Shown here in pieces: positions 26,092 to 36,454 of a stretch of 60,855 nucleotides of DNA. The notes below the pieces were generated by a model. It was not told the origin of the DNA. It did no database searches and saw nothing but the letters and a program-made list of their open reading frames with translations. Position numbers and translations under genes: made by a program. Origin of the DNA: Alphaproteobacteria bacterium. GTDB lineage: Bacteria > Pseudomonadota > Alphaproteobacteria > CAISOG01. Within the stretch, counting starts at the first letter, position 1. Each line of letters opens with the position of its first letter. The DNA is taken from assembly GCA_044375625.1 (NCBI GenBank), contig JBILMH010000005.1, positions 1 to 60,855 of the forward strand. Reading direction: 5' to 3'.

Positions 26092-28173
26092 ATGCTGAAA
26101 ATCTTTGAATCTTTTGGTCTGGAATCTCTTAGCCAGCTGCCCCCCGAGTTGTTGACCCGGTTCGCAACCATACTGGCGATGATCGCTGCGGCAATTGCCC
26201 TGCTGGCCAGCCTGCTTGTCGGCCTTATGTACCGCCGTCACGGCCAACGGCTGATGCATCTGGCTGGGCAACAGCAGGCCAAGCGGATTGAGGATTTGCA
26301 GGCGATGTTGAACGCCATTCCGATTCCGCTGTGGCGGCGGGATGGTGCCGGGCACATCATCACCTGCAACCAATTCTATGCCGACCAGGTTGGGTTAACG
26401 GCAGAGGCGGTGGTGGCCAACCAAACCGAATTGGGTGCCAGCGTGATCAGCGATGGGGGATTGGGGCTGCACCGCCGCGCCATGCAGGTTGGCCAGTCGC
26501 AAAGCGAAAGCCATCATATCATTGTTAAGGGGCAACGGCGGCTGTTGGAATTTCACGAAATACCGTTAGCGGAGCAGGCGGGGGCGGGGCAGGCGGAAAT
26601 GGGTGCGGGCGGCATTGGTTTTGCCCTGGACTATACCGCGCTGGAGGATACGCAGCAGCAGTTGGCGCGGCAATGGGATGCCTATGCCGATATCTTAGAA
26701 AGCCTGCGCATCGGGATTGTCATGTTTAACCGCAGCCAGCGGGTAATCTATTTCAACACCGCCTTTGCAAAGCTTTGGCCATTGGATCCGCAATGGCTGG
26801 CCAGCAGCCCCAGCTTTGGTGAGGTGTTGGAGGAGTTGCGCCTGCGCCGCCGCCTGCCCGAAGTATCGGATTTTCCCGCCTACAAAAAACAACAGCTCAA
26901 ATTGTTCAGCACCCTGTTGGCGCGCCATGAGGAATTGTTGCATCTGCCCGATGATACCACCCTGCGCATGACGGTGGTGCCACACCCCCTGGGCGGGTTG
27001 TGCTTTACCTATGATGATGTCAGCAACACCCTGGCGTTGGAGCGGTCATTCAACACCATGTTGGCGGTGCAGGGCGAAACCCTTAGCAATCTCTATGAGG
27101 GGGTGGCGGTGCATGCCAGCGATGGTCGGCTACGCCTGTTTAACACCGCCTTTGCCAAATTGTGGGAATTTGACCCCGATTGGTTGGGCAGCCAACCGCA
27201 TTTGGGCGAGATCGCTAAACGCCGCCAGGATCAATTTCCCTCACAGGAAGCTTGGCAACAGTTTGAGCAGCAAACCCTTCATGCCGCTGAGGCACGCATT
27301 CCCGCGCATGGCACCATCGAACGGCGGGATGGTAAGATTTATGAATATCGCCTGGTACCCCTGCCCGATGGCAGCTTTTTGATCAGCTATGTGGATATCA
27401 CCGACCAGTTGCAGGTTGAACGCGCCCTGCGCGAACGGGGGGAAGCGTTGGAAAATGCCGATCGCCTGAAAAGCGACTTTTTGGCCAGCATGTCTTATGA
27501 ATTGCGCACCCCGCTGAACAGCATTGCCGGCTTTAACGAACTGTTGCGGCTGGAACTGTTTGGCCCGCTTAACCCCAAACAGCTGGAATATGCCGAAGGT
27601 ATCCACCAGGCCAGCCAGCATCTGACCACCCTGATCAACGACATGCTGGATCTGGCCAGTTTTGAGGCGGGGATTTTTGCCCTAAACCGCAACCAATTGG
27701 ATGTGTCCGCCTGGTTGGCCAACCAAATCAGCCTGGCACAGCCAACCGCGATGCAAAAATCGGTGCGGCTGATTCTGAACATGGATGAGGAGCTAGGCAA
27801 TATCCAGGCCGATGCCCAACGCCTACGCCAAGCGTTCTACAACCTGTTGAACCATGCGATTAAGGGAACGCCCGATGGCGGTATGGTCAGCTTAAAAGCG
27901 GGCTTAACCGAACAACAGGGTGCCGCCTATCTGGAAATCCTGCTGCAAGATGGGGCGAAAGGCACCCTGATGCAGGAGCAGGAGCAGGCCTACAAAACCG
28001 CCTGGGCACAATCCACTCCCGCCAACAGCCGCCGCAGCAGTGGTGGTGGTGGCGACATCGGGTTATCGCTGGCCAAAACCATCATCGAAGCCCATGACGG
28101 CCAGCTGCAGCTAAGTGGCGATCCGACGGTTGGCGTTACGGTGCGCTGCCTGCTGCCTGTGGCGGGAACTTAG
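26092..28173 (+). CDS. divL: DivL-like multi-PAS pseudo-histidine kinase
   Basis: N-terminal TM, several PAS repeats, H-box SYELRTPL with Tyr replacing His, degenerate ATP-binding domain. Confidence 0.8.
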   Translation: MLKIFESFGLESLSQLPPELLTRFATILAMIAAAIALLASLLVGLMYRRHGQRLMHLAGQQQAKRIEDLQAMLNAIPIPLWRRDGAGHIITCNQFYADQVGLTAEAVVANQTELGASVISDGGLGLHRRAMQVGQSQSESHHIIVKGQRRLLEFHEIPLAEQAGAGQAEMGAGGIGFALDYTALEDTQQQLARQWDAYADILESLRIGIVMFNRSQRVIYFNTAFAKLWPLDPQWLASSPSFGEVLEELRLRRRLPEVSDFPAYKKQQLKLFSTLLARHEELLHLPDDTTLRMTVVPHPLGGLCFTYDDVSNTLALERSFNTMLAVQGETLSNLYEGVAVHASDGRLRLFNTAFAKLWEFDPDWLGSQPHLGEIAKRRQDQFPSQEAWQQFEQQTLHAAEARIPAHGTIERRDGKIYEYRLVPLPDGSFLISYVDITDQLQVERALRERGEALENADRLKSDFLASMSYELRTPLNSIAGFNELLRLELFGPLNPKQLEYAEGIHQASQHLTTLINDMLDLASFEAGIFALNRNQLDVSAWLANQISLAQPTAMQKSVRLILNMDEELGNIQADAQRLRQAFYNLLNHAIKGTPDGGMVSLKAGLTEQQGAAYLEILLQDGAKGTLMQEQEQAYKTAWAQSTPANSRRSSGGGGDIGLSLAKTIIEAHDGQLQLSGDPTVGVTVRCLLPVAGT

Positions 28174-28257
28174 CGCGCTGGCGTCGATACCACCGCACCA
28201 TCCGCTGCGCCTAGCTCAGACCAATACGCGCCAGACAGTGCCTGGTTGCGGTATAAA

Positions 28258-28698
28258 TTATAGCCAATCACCTGTGATCGACATTACAGCACACAAAGAA
28301 ACGAAGAGTGCAAAGTATATGTTTACAGCAAAAAAGATAATTGTAGGTATTCTATACCCTCTATTTTTAAAACAGCAATAAATGCCGTAAATTAAAAATA
28401 CAGCCAAAACAAACACAACAAAATATACAACAAAGTTCGGCCAGTCAGATGGATTTTTTTGATCCCTAAAAACACCTCCCCATAATCCTATGATAACCCA
28501 AAATGCTGGCATCAAGGCGATAGATTTTCTTACATAGAAATCTTTGATGAAGCGATATGGTAAGAATGCCAATAGTACAGGCAATATTATTGCAAACGGC
28601 ATTATAGGGTGAAGTAAGTTGCTGGCCGACATAGAAATAAACCAACATAAAGACATGTAGGTCGCAGCTATTTCTTGAAACAAATTAATATCACCCAT
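28258..28698 (-). CDS. Hypothetical AT-rich multi-pass membrane protein
   Basis: 146 aa with four to five hydrophobic segments; composition far from the flanks. Confidence 0.6.
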   Translation of the reverse strand: MGDINLFQEIAATYMSLCWFISMSASNLLHPIMPFAIILPVLLAFLPYRFIKDFYVRKSIALMPAFWVIIGLWGGVFRDQKNPSDWPNFVVYFVVFVLAVFLIYGIYCCFKNRGYRIPTIIFFAVNIYFALFVSLCAVMSITGDWL

Positions 28699-28764
28699 CC
28701 GTCAATTACATTTTTTTATCACTGATTTTTAGGCCAAATTGCTTTGCCCGGTTACTGAACCCAA

Positions 28765-29211
28765 TCATTGCTGCAGGGGGGCGCTGTAGTCACCACCGAT
28801 ATAGGCGCGCATGTGATTCAGATCGATGGCCAACGCCTGATTCACCAAACTGTAAATCTGGCGAATCGACAAAATGTCAATCACCCTGCCGTTATCCACC
28901 ACCAGCAAATGATGCAGGCGATGGCGTTCCAACAACCCCAAAGCATGATCGATGGTATCATTGGGCGAGGCCGCCACCACAATCGGGCTCATCACGGTGC
29001 AAACCATGGTTTTGCGCGGATCCAAATTGCGATCCAAAACATTGGTGGCCAAATCATGTTCGCTGAACAGACCCGCCACCTCAGAACCATTAACCACCAC
29101 CAGCATGGAAACATGGTTTTTGGTCATGCGATGGCAGGCGGTATAGACGCTATCACCGACATCGATGGAAACCACGTTTTTTTCCTGCCGCAGCAAATTT
29201 TTTACTAACAT
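28765..29211 (-). CDS. CBS domain pair protein
   Basis: GLFSEHDL, VMSP, HHLLVVDNG.VIDILSI; GGAGG RBS. Confidence 0.85.
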   Translation of the reverse strand: MLVKNLLRQEKNVVSIDVGDSVYTACHRMTKNHVSMLVVVNGSEVAGLFSEHDLATNVLDRNLDPRKTMVCTVMSPIVVAASPNDTIDHALGLLERHRLHHLLVVDNGRVIDILSIRQIYSLVNQALAIDLNHMRAYIGGDYSAPLQQ

Positions 29212-29370
29212 TGTTTTAGCCCCTCCTATTGGCTAACCGGCGAAAGAAAACTCCATTTCAAGCAAAGCTAAGAAGAATACGGTGCATCGCCGTTAATGCA
29301 TCCAATCCTTCCAACCAAACACCCCCTTTCCGCCAAACCAAATTTACGAACCAAAGGATTTTGAACTGTT

Positions 29371-29817
29371 TTAGGCCGTCACCCCGTACACATCACCGTT
29401 CACATAGGATCGTATCCGCCGCATACCATCCTCCAGCTCGACACGCATGCATTCGTACAATTCCTGTATCGACAGCACCGCGATAATTTCGCCATTGACC
29501 TCAACGGGCAAATGCCGCACCCCATATTCCCGCATAACCGACAAAGCCTTATCGGTGGTGTCCAGGGGCGAAATGGTTGCCGTCACCGGCACCATAACCC
29601 GCCGCAGCTGGGTTGTTTCGGGATCCATTTTCTGGGCGACCACCCTGACCAAATCATGCTCCGTGAAATAGCCGACGATCGTGTTGTTTTCGGTAACAAA
29701 GACGATGTTGGTATCACGGCTTGCCAAAATGCTACAGGCGGCCTGGACAGTGGTTATGGCCGATACCGAAATAACGCCCATCTGCTTAAAAACACTGCTT
29801 AGAACCATATGTTCCAT
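29371..29817 (-). CDS. CBS domain pair protein (tandem paralog)
   Basis: GYFTEHDL, RHLPV; same 148-aa length as its neighbour. Confidence 0.85.
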   Translation of the reverse strand: MEHMVLSSVFKQMGVISVSAITTVQAACSILASRDTNIVFVTENNTIVGYFTEHDLVRVVAQKMDPETTQLRRVMVPVTATISPLDTTDKALSVMREYGVRHLPVEVNGEIIAVLSIQELYECMRVELEDGMRRIRSYVNGDVYGVTA

Positions 29818-30093
29818 AAAAAGCCCCCGCTATCGTTAATACAAAGTTAGTATAACACAAAAAAGCCGCAAAATCATCACAAAATTTTTTGATCTTACTT
29901 GACAGTTTTTTCAGAAGGGTTTTGATGAAAGGTTTTTTTACTGCAGATTATTGTATGCTGCTTTGGGTGCTGCCCCGTTGGAGTCGTTTCCGGATCCTGC
30001 GGGGCATTTAGCCATCGTGGATTCGGGCACCATCACGATTGGATTTGTCTTTTTAATTTGTCTTGGCATCATTTTCTGCCTAACAATCACACC

Positions 30094-30573
30094 ATGCCGT
30101 CGCATCGTGAACAGAAACTGTTGCCCTATCCCACCGATTTTGTTTTCGATTTGGTGGCGGATGTGGCGCGTTACCCCGAATTTGTCCCCTGGTGCGTCAG
30201 TTCAAAGATTTTGCGCTGCGGCGATTCTTGGTTTATGGCCAATTTGGGCATTGGCTATAAATTGATTCAGGAACGCTTTACGTCAAAAGTTCTGTTGGAT
30301 CGCGCCAATCGCATCGATGTCGAATATTTTGACGGCCCCTTTCGCACCCTGACCAACAGTTGGCAATTTCAGGCGGTGGCGGATGACCAGTGCATGATTG
30401 ATTTCTCGCTGGCGTTTGAATTTAAATCCCGCCTGCTACAAACCGTGGTCGAAGGTCTATTTCTTGAGGTGGTGCGGCGAATGGTTGGCGCCTTTGAGCA
30501 ACGCGCCCTACAAATTTACACCAAACAAACTGGCCTGGCCGAAGATTCCCCCAACCATTCGGCGCCCCTTTAG
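30094..30573 (+). CDS. RatA/Coq10 START-domain protein
   Basis: FDLVADVARYPEFVPWC, ERFTS, GPFRTLTN.W.F, AFEQRA. Confidence 0.9.
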   Translation: MPSHREQKLLPYPTDFVFDLVADVARYPEFVPWCVSSKILRCGDSWFMANLGIGYKLIQERFTSKVLLDRANRIDVEYFDGPFRTLTNSWQFQAVADDQCMIDFSLAFEFKSRLLQTVVEGLFLEVVRRMVGAFEQRALQIYTKQTGLAEDSPNHSAPL

Positions 30574-30761
30574 AAAAAATTTTCATTTGCCGCTATTGGC
30601 TAACGCCTTGCTTAATCGTTATTTTTTTCAGGACAGGCATTATCTTACTCGGGCAAACTTAATTTTAGATAAATTTACAGTTGACACACAAACCAATTAT
30701 GGTATTTATAGTTGGCGACGATAAAACCTAATTGATCTTGTCAAAATTAAGGGAATTTGTA

Positions 30762-31364
30762 ATGATGAAAAAAATGGCTACTTTAAGGCAAACCATGACT
30801 GAGTCCGACTACGCGGAATATTTCAACGGTCTTAACCCTTTTGAACGTGTTTTAGAGGCTGAAAGGCTTTTTCGGGGGCTGCAGTCCATCGATATAGCGC
30901 AGCTGTATGAAGCGCAAGAACTGTTGGGCGGTGAGCTGGCGGTTCAAGAAAAGTTTGCGATGACCGAATCCTTTTTGCTGAACATTAAATCCCGTCACCC
31001 TAAGGATTCCACAGCTTTTATCCTAAGTCAAAAACTGTTGGGCGCGGCGGTGCATGACGCCTGTCGTTTCTGGATCAGCGTGCCGGGTCAATTGCTGTTT
31101 GACTTTGACAATTTCCAACATTTGGAAATGGCGGAGATTGTTTTAAAGGCGATGAACCGCATCAACCGCGCCTATTTGCACCAGGTGCAAACCCGTCGGT
31201 TAGAGGATTTGCGGGTGATTATGCGCCGCGCCACCGATCAGCAGGATTTTCGTCATGAAATGGAAACCAGGACTAAGGTGATCGAGTTCCTGAACTTTGT
31301 GCATTATGAGGAGCAGTTGCAGCAACCATTTGCCCACAGCGGCTCTGTGGTTGCCAGCCAATAG
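30762..31364 (+). CDS. Hypothetical protein
   Basis: About 200-aa helical-looking ORF filling the gap before cutA; no motif recognised. Confidence 0.65.
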   Translation: MMKKMATLRQTMTESDYAEYFNGLNPFERVLEAERLFRGLQSIDIAQLYEAQELLGGELAVQEKFAMTESFLLNIKSRHPKDSTAFILSQKLLGAAVHDACRFWISVPGQLLFDFDNFQHLEMAEIVLKAMNRINRAYLHQVQTRRLEDLRVIMRRATDQQDFRHEMETRTKVIEFLNFVHYEEQLQQPFAHSGSVVASQ

Positions 31365-31367
31365 GCG

Positions 31368-31706
31368 ATGCCCCCTGTGGATGCCGATACGCCCTGTTTG
31401 GGGTACATCACCACCGCCAGCGTTCACGATGCCCAGAATTTAAGCTATCGATTGCTAGAGGCGGGCGTGATCGCCTGTGCCAACATCCTGCCCACCATGA
31501 CCAGCATTTACCGCTATCAGGGCAAAATGGAAAGCGCGACCGAAGTCGTGTTGCTGATCAAAACCACGACAGCGCGGCAGCAGGCGATTAGCGATTTGGT
31601 GCGCAAACACCACCCCTATAAACTGCCCTGCCTAATCTTTCTGCCCATCACCGGCGGCCTGCCAGGATTTTTGGACTGGGTGAAGTCTAGCTGCACCGCG
31701 CCTTAA
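31368..31706 (+). CDS. cutA: Divalent-cation tolerance protein CutA
   Basis: ACANI, SIYRYQG, E..LLIKT, HPYKLP. Confidence 0.92.
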   Translation: MPPVDADTPCLGYITTASVHDAQNLSYRLLEAGVIACANILPTMTSIYRYQGKMESATEVVLLIKTTTARQQAISDLVRKHHPYKLPCLIFLPITGGLPGFLDWVKSSCTAP

Positions 31707-31728
31707 AAACCATCAAACCAGGTTTTGG

Positions 31729-32508
31729 TTATAAAAGGTGTTTCTCAAGATATTTCGTAGCTAGGGGAACACCAATTCCCCCTGCAACCTTAAGTACCCA
31801 ATCTCCTGCCGCCCTACCAAGGGCAGACAACGCTTTCGAGATTTTCGCATTGTCTTTTTCTTTGGCTCCCTCTTCTGCTTCCGCTACAGCGTCAATAATG
31901 ATCTGATCTTGGCCGTCTTTTGCTTGAGTAGCTAGGGCTTCGCGTAATTGACCCAACTCCTGCGCCAGCGGTTCAAAGTCAGACGCTTGAATATTAACAG
32001 TGTTGGTAGATTGGTCATGAGAGTTAACACTTACACGCGCATTCGGACCATTGAGATGAAAATGGTTCTGATTTAAGAAACCCTGAGGCAGCGATGCGGC
32101 CTCGCCAATAGGCTGGTTTACCGGGGCAGGGATTTCATCATAATCCAATTGCTCTTCAAGATTCTTAACCGCGGCATTAAGTGATGCTCTTTTATCTTTT
32201 ATGCATTTGATAATTTTTTCTTTTTTTTCTTCTAAATCGACGCACCCCAAAGCAAATGGAATAAGGTCTACAATATATCGATTGTAATTGAATTCGGTTT
32301 TATCAAATGCTTTTTTGAGAAGATCTTTTATGCTAACATCTAATTCTTTAATTTCAGAAGGAACATCATACCCCTGCTGAATAGTGCTAGGATCAAAAGC
32401 ATCCAGTGCAGCAATGCGCTCCTTGATTTTCTTGATATAGAATCTCTTCTGGTCTGCCGTTTGTTGAGATCTTGTTGGTATTTGCTGTAGGGTACTACGC
32501 GTTGCCAT
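31729..32508 (-). CDS. Hypothetical AT-rich protein
   Basis: 259-aa ORF with two helical regions joined by a low-complexity linker; upstream AAGGA. Confidence 0.7.
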   Translation of the reverse strand: MATRSTLQQIPTRSQQTADQKRFYIKKIKERIAALDAFDPSTIQQGYDVPSEIKELDVSIKDLLKKAFDKTEFNYNRYIVDLIPFALGCVDLEEKKEKIIKCIKDKRASLNAAVKNLEEQLDYDEIPAPVNQPIGEAASLPQGFLNQNHFHLNGPNARVSVNSHDQSTNTVNIQASDFEPLAQELGQLREALATQAKDGQDQIIIDAVAEAEEGAKEKDNAKISKALSALGRAAGDWVLKVAGGIGVPLATKYLEKHLL

Positions 32509-32630
32509 AATTTATATCCTTTAGAATTACTAACACTTCTAAAGCTATGATAAGTCATTTGTTTGTGTCAACAGCAGATCTTTTTTAGCTCTTCTAAGAA
32601 CCTACGATCCATCGCCACCTACTTTGCCCC

Positions 32631-33419
32631 CTACTTCGCAAAGAACAGTTCGGTGACGATATAGTTGGCGAACAGGATCAGGATTGAGGCGGTGACGACC
32701 GCGTTGGTGGTCGCCGTCCCCACCCCCTCTGCCCCGCCGCGCGAACGAAATCCCTGGTAACAGCCCATCATGGCGATGATAAAGCCAAATACCGCCGCCT
32801 TTACCAGGCCAGAGAATACATCGATAAATTCCAAATACTGCACGGTGTTGTGCAAATAGGCGGCGGCGTTGAAGTTCAGTTTGTAAACCGAAATGATATA
32901 GCCGCCCAAAATTCCGATGACATCGGCCACCCCCACCAACAGCGGCAGGGTGATGGTCGCCGCCAACAGCCGCGGCGCGATCAGGTACTTAAAAGGGTTG
33001 GTGGACAGGGTGGTCAGGGCGTCAATTTGCTCCGTCACCCGCATCGTCCCCAGCTCCGCCGCGATCGCCGCGCCAACGCGCCCCGCCACCATCAGCCCCG
33101 CCAGCACGGGCCCCAACTCCCGCGTCATTGACAGCACCACCACGGTTGCGACCGAACTTTCCGCCGAAAAGCGGGAAAAGCCAGAATAGGTTTGCAGCGC
33201 CAACACCATGCCGGTAAACAGCGCGGTTAGCCCCACCACCGGCAGCGAGTAAAAGCCGATGTCGCGCATTTGTTTGATTACCAAGCGCAGGTAAAACGGC
33301 GGGGTAACCGTGTGGTGCAGGCTGGTTCCCACAAAGGCGACCAGCCGCCCAATCACCTGGGTGATGATCAGCACGCCGCGGCCAAGGGCGGTTACAATGG
33401 GAATCTGATTGGTCAGCAT
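32631..33419 (-). CDS. mlaE: MlaE-family lipid asymmetry ABC permease
   Basis: RELGPVLAGLMVAGRVG, ELGTMRVTEQIDAL, GGAEGVG.ATT.AVV. Confidence 0.95.
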   Translation of the reverse strand: MLTNQIPIVTALGRGVLIITQVIGRLVAFVGTSLHHTVTPPFYLRLVIKQMRDIGFYSLPVVGLTALFTGMVLALQTYSGFSRFSAESSVATVVVLSMTRELGPVLAGLMVAGRVGAAIAAELGTMRVTEQIDALTTLSTNPFKYLIAPRLLAATITLPLLVGVADVIGILGGYIISVYKLNFNAAAYLHNTVQYLEFIDVFSGLVKAAVFGFIIAMMGCYQGFRSRGGAEGVGTATTNAVVTASILILFANYIVTELFFAK

Positions 33420-33441
33420 CTGGGGGTTACCTCACGCGCGG

Positions 33442-34641
33442 TTAAACATCATCACTGTAATGCCGTTGCAACCGTCCGCCAAGCCCTGTTAGCACGCTGT
33501 AGCCTATCGTGCCCGTATCACGCGCCAACGACTCAGCGTCATAGCGGGCGCCCAGCACGATTGCCTCCCTGGCCTTCGCCAACAGCGATTCTGGCACGGC
33601 CGACACATCAATCACGGTCAGATCCATCGATACCCGCCCGACCACCGGGCATGGCACATCGTCGATATAGCACACACTGTGGCTGGTTGGCCGCCACGGC
33701 ACGCCATCGGCATACCCGATGCCTAAGGTGGCCAGCCTGCTTACCCCCGCGGGAATCGGGGTGGCGTGATAGCCAACGCTCAACCCCGCCCCCGTCACTT
33801 TGACAGAGCGCAGCTGCAAAATCGGCGCGGTCAGGGTAACGACCATCCGCATGGGGTTGGCGGCGGCGGGTGTGGGGTTCAGGCCGTACAGCGCCATGCC
33901 GGGGCGCACCTGATCAAAATGGTACCCCGCGCCCAGGAAGATGCCCGATGAGTTGGCCAGCGATTTGTGTTGGTGGTCACGCCATGGCCGAATCGCATCC
34001 AACGCATCCCGCTGCTTAGTATTCATCGGATGGTCGGGCAAATCGGCGCAGGCCAAATGGCTCATGATCCCATCAATGGGCAGGGCGCGAAAATCCGCCG
34101 CCTGGCACAACTCGGCCAAATCCTGCACCCCCAGCCCCAATCGGTTCATGCCGGTGTCGATATGGATGATGGCGTTTGTGGAATCGGGGGCGGCCTGTTG
34201 GCACAGGGCGGCAAAATCGATCACCTGTTGGCGGCTGTTCAACACGGGGGTCAGCCGCGCCGCCAGAATCGTTGCCGCCTCATCCGCCTGAAAACCATGC
34301 AGCACCACCACCGCGGCGGGGGGATCGGCTGGGGGAGCGGCTGAGAGCGCGCAATCCTGGAGCGCTTGACGCGCCGCCACCCCCTCAGCGGTGGTGGCAA
34401 CGTAAAACCGCCGACAGCCCGCCCGCGCCAACGCCTGCACCACAGGCCTAAGCCCCAAGCCATAGGCATTGGCCTTCACACAGGCACCGACCTGCACCTT
34501 AGGGGTCGCGGCCTGGGGCGCGGTGGGGTTGGAATTGGGGTTGGTGGCGGCGCATAACTGGCGATAGTTGGCCTGCACCGCCGCCAAATCAATGGTCAGC
34601 CGCGCCGCATCGCTGTGGGGAAACATCTTGCTCATGGCCAA
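33442..34641 (-). CDS. alr: Alanine racemase
   Basis: VKANAYGLG, DTGMNRLG, SHLACAD, RPG..LYG, GYADG, GRVSMD. Confidence 0.95.
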   Translation of the reverse strand: MAMSKMFPHSDAARLTIDLAAVQANYRQLCAATNPNSNPTAPQAATPKVQVGACVKANAYGLGLRPVVQALARAGCRRFYVATTAEGVAARQALQDCALSAAPPADPPAAVVVLHGFQADEAATILAARLTPVLNSRQQVIDFAALCQQAAPDSTNAIIHIDTGMNRLGLGVQDLAELCQAADFRALPIDGIMSHLACADLPDHPMNTKQRDALDAIRPWRDHQHKSLANSSGIFLGAGYHFDQVRPGMALYGLNPTPAAANPMRMVVTLTAPILQLRSVKVTGAGLSVGYHATPIPAGVSRLATLGIGYADGVPWRPTSHSVCYIDDVPCPVVGRVSMDLTVIDVSAVPESLLAKAREAIVLGARYDAESLARDTGTIGYSVLTGLGGRLQRHYSDDV

Positions 34642-34718
34642 CAGCTTGCCGCATTGGCGGCCAGAACTCTACCGATTTCTTTTCTTCTGTTCCGTGAATC
34701 GGCGGGCATGGCTGTCCG

Positions 34719-36335
34719 CTAAAACGGGGCGGGGACGGGCAACCGTTCATTCGGCTGATAATCGCTAAAGCGGGTGACCGCGCCATCAAAGTGCAGCTGC
34801 ACCTTACCCGTTGGCCCATGGCGGTGCTTGGCCAAAATCACCTCAGCCAGGTTTTGCAACGATTCAAATTTTTGGCGCCAGGCGTCATAGGCCAATTTGT
34901 CGTTGGGCGACGGTTCCTTACGCGCCTCATAATACTCCTCACGGTACACAAACAGCACGGCATCGGCATCCTGCTCAATCGATCCGGATTCGCGCAAATC
35001 GGCCAGCTGGGGGCGTTTGTCATCGCGTGATTCGACCGCCCGCGACAGTTGCGACAGGGCGATGACCGGCACGTCCAATTCTTTGGCCAGGGTTTTCAGG
35101 CCACGGGTAATCTCCGACAATTCCTGCACCCGATTTTCCCGCCGACTGGTGCTGTTGGGATGAATCAGTTGCAGATAGTCGATCACGATCATCGACAGGT
35201 TGTGACGGCGTTTCAGGCGGCGGGCGCGGGTGCGCAGCGCGCTGACCGTCATGCCGGGGGTGTCATCGATATACAGGGGCAGTTGGTGCAAACGCTGGCT
35301 GGCCTGCACAATGCGATCGAAATCGCCCTTACTCAGCTCCCCCCGTCGGATTTTTTCGGTCGACAGGCCGGTTTGCTCCGCCAAAATACGGGTGGCCAGT
35401 TGCGGCGCCGACATTTCCAGGGAAAAAAAGCCGACCACCGCGCCATCGACAATCCGTTCCACCCCCTGATCATCATGCTGGCGACGGCAATTTTGGGCGG
35501 CAAAAAAGGCAATGTTGGTGGCAAAGGCGGTTTTGCCCATCCCTGGCCGTCCCGCCACGATTAACAAGTCGGATTTTTGCAACCCGCCCATCAATTTGTC
35601 CAAATCATGAAAGCCGGTGGAAATGCCCGGCAACTGCCCCTGGCGGCCAAAGGCGGCGTTGGCGGATTTAACCGCCTCGGCCAGGGCTTGGTCAAAGGCC
35701 TGAAAGCCCCCCTCAATCTGCCCCGTGCTGGCCAAATCATACAACTGCTGCTCCGCCTGCTCAATTTGGGTGCGGGCGGGCTGTTCAATCAGCTGTTCAT
35801 GAGCGCGGTTCACCACCTCCTCCCCCACCGCAATCAGCTGGCGCCGCAGGTGCAGATCGTGAATCAGTTTGGCATAGTCGGTGGCGTTAATGATGCTGAC
35901 CATCGCGCCGGTAATCGCGCTGAGATAGCCGATGCCGCCAACGCTGGCAATATCGGGATCCTGCTCAAAAAATGGTTTCAGGGTGATGGGGCTGGCCAAC
36001 TGGTGCCGTTCCAACAGCTTGCCAATCGCGGCAAAGATGCGGCCATGCAGACCGCTGGCAAAATATGCCGGCTCAAGAAACTCAATCACCCGTTCATAGG
36101 CGGCGTTGTTCAGCAAAATGGTGGCCAGAAGTGCCTGTTCCGCCTCAAGATTAAAGGGCAATTGGCGGGGTGCGGTGATGGAAGCGCCCGCAACGCCATG
36201 ACCCGATGCGGCATTGACCAACATCGGCAGCTGGCTGTCGCCCTTATTATCACTGGTCGCCGCAGAAAATTCGCCCAAACCCTGCTGGGTTGCGGCCAAT
36301 TCGGCGGGGGATAGCGATGCAACACCAGTTGCCAT
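34719..36335 (-). CDS. dnaB: Replicative DNA helicase
   Basis: GRPGMGKT, FSLEM, IDYLQL, LSQLSR, DLRESGSIEQDAD; no intein. Confidence 0.98.
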   Translation of the reverse strand: MATGVASLSPAELAATQQGLGEFSAATSDNKGDSQLPMLVNAASGHGVAGASITAPRQLPFNLEAEQALLATILLNNAAYERVIEFLEPAYFASGLHGRIFAAIGKLLERHQLASPITLKPFFEQDPDIASVGGIGYLSAITGAMVSIINATDYAKLIHDLHLRRQLIAVGEEVVNRAHEQLIEQPARTQIEQAEQQLYDLASTGQIEGGFQAFDQALAEAVKSANAAFGRQGQLPGISTGFHDLDKLMGGLQKSDLLIVAGRPGMGKTAFATNIAFFAAQNCRRQHDDQGVERIVDGAVVGFFSLEMSAPQLATRILAEQTGLSTEKIRRGELSKGDFDRIVQASQRLHQLPLYIDDTPGMTVSALRTRARRLKRRHNLSMIVIDYLQLIHPNSTSRRENRVQELSEITRGLKTLAKELDVPVIALSQLSRAVESRDDKRPQLADLRESGSIEQDADAVLFVYREEYYEARKEPSPNDKLAYDAWRQKFESLQNLAEVILAKHRHGPTGKVQLHFDGAVTRFSDYQPNERLPVPAPF

Positions 36336-36454
36336 CTTAGGATAGCCTTAACATTACAGGCAAAATTGACGCCATATGGATAACCAAGTGGTCAGCCAAG
36401 TGGACAGCCCTGTTATCCGCCAAATTGGACACAAACGGCTGAGAAGGCAAAGCC

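Noticed and set aside
27490-27515. His-to-Tyr change in the kinase H-box as a novelty or error
   Set aside because: This is the established DivL signature.
30600-30615. CtrA box upstream of ORF 30762
   Set aside because: The spacer is 8 nt and one half-site is imperfect.
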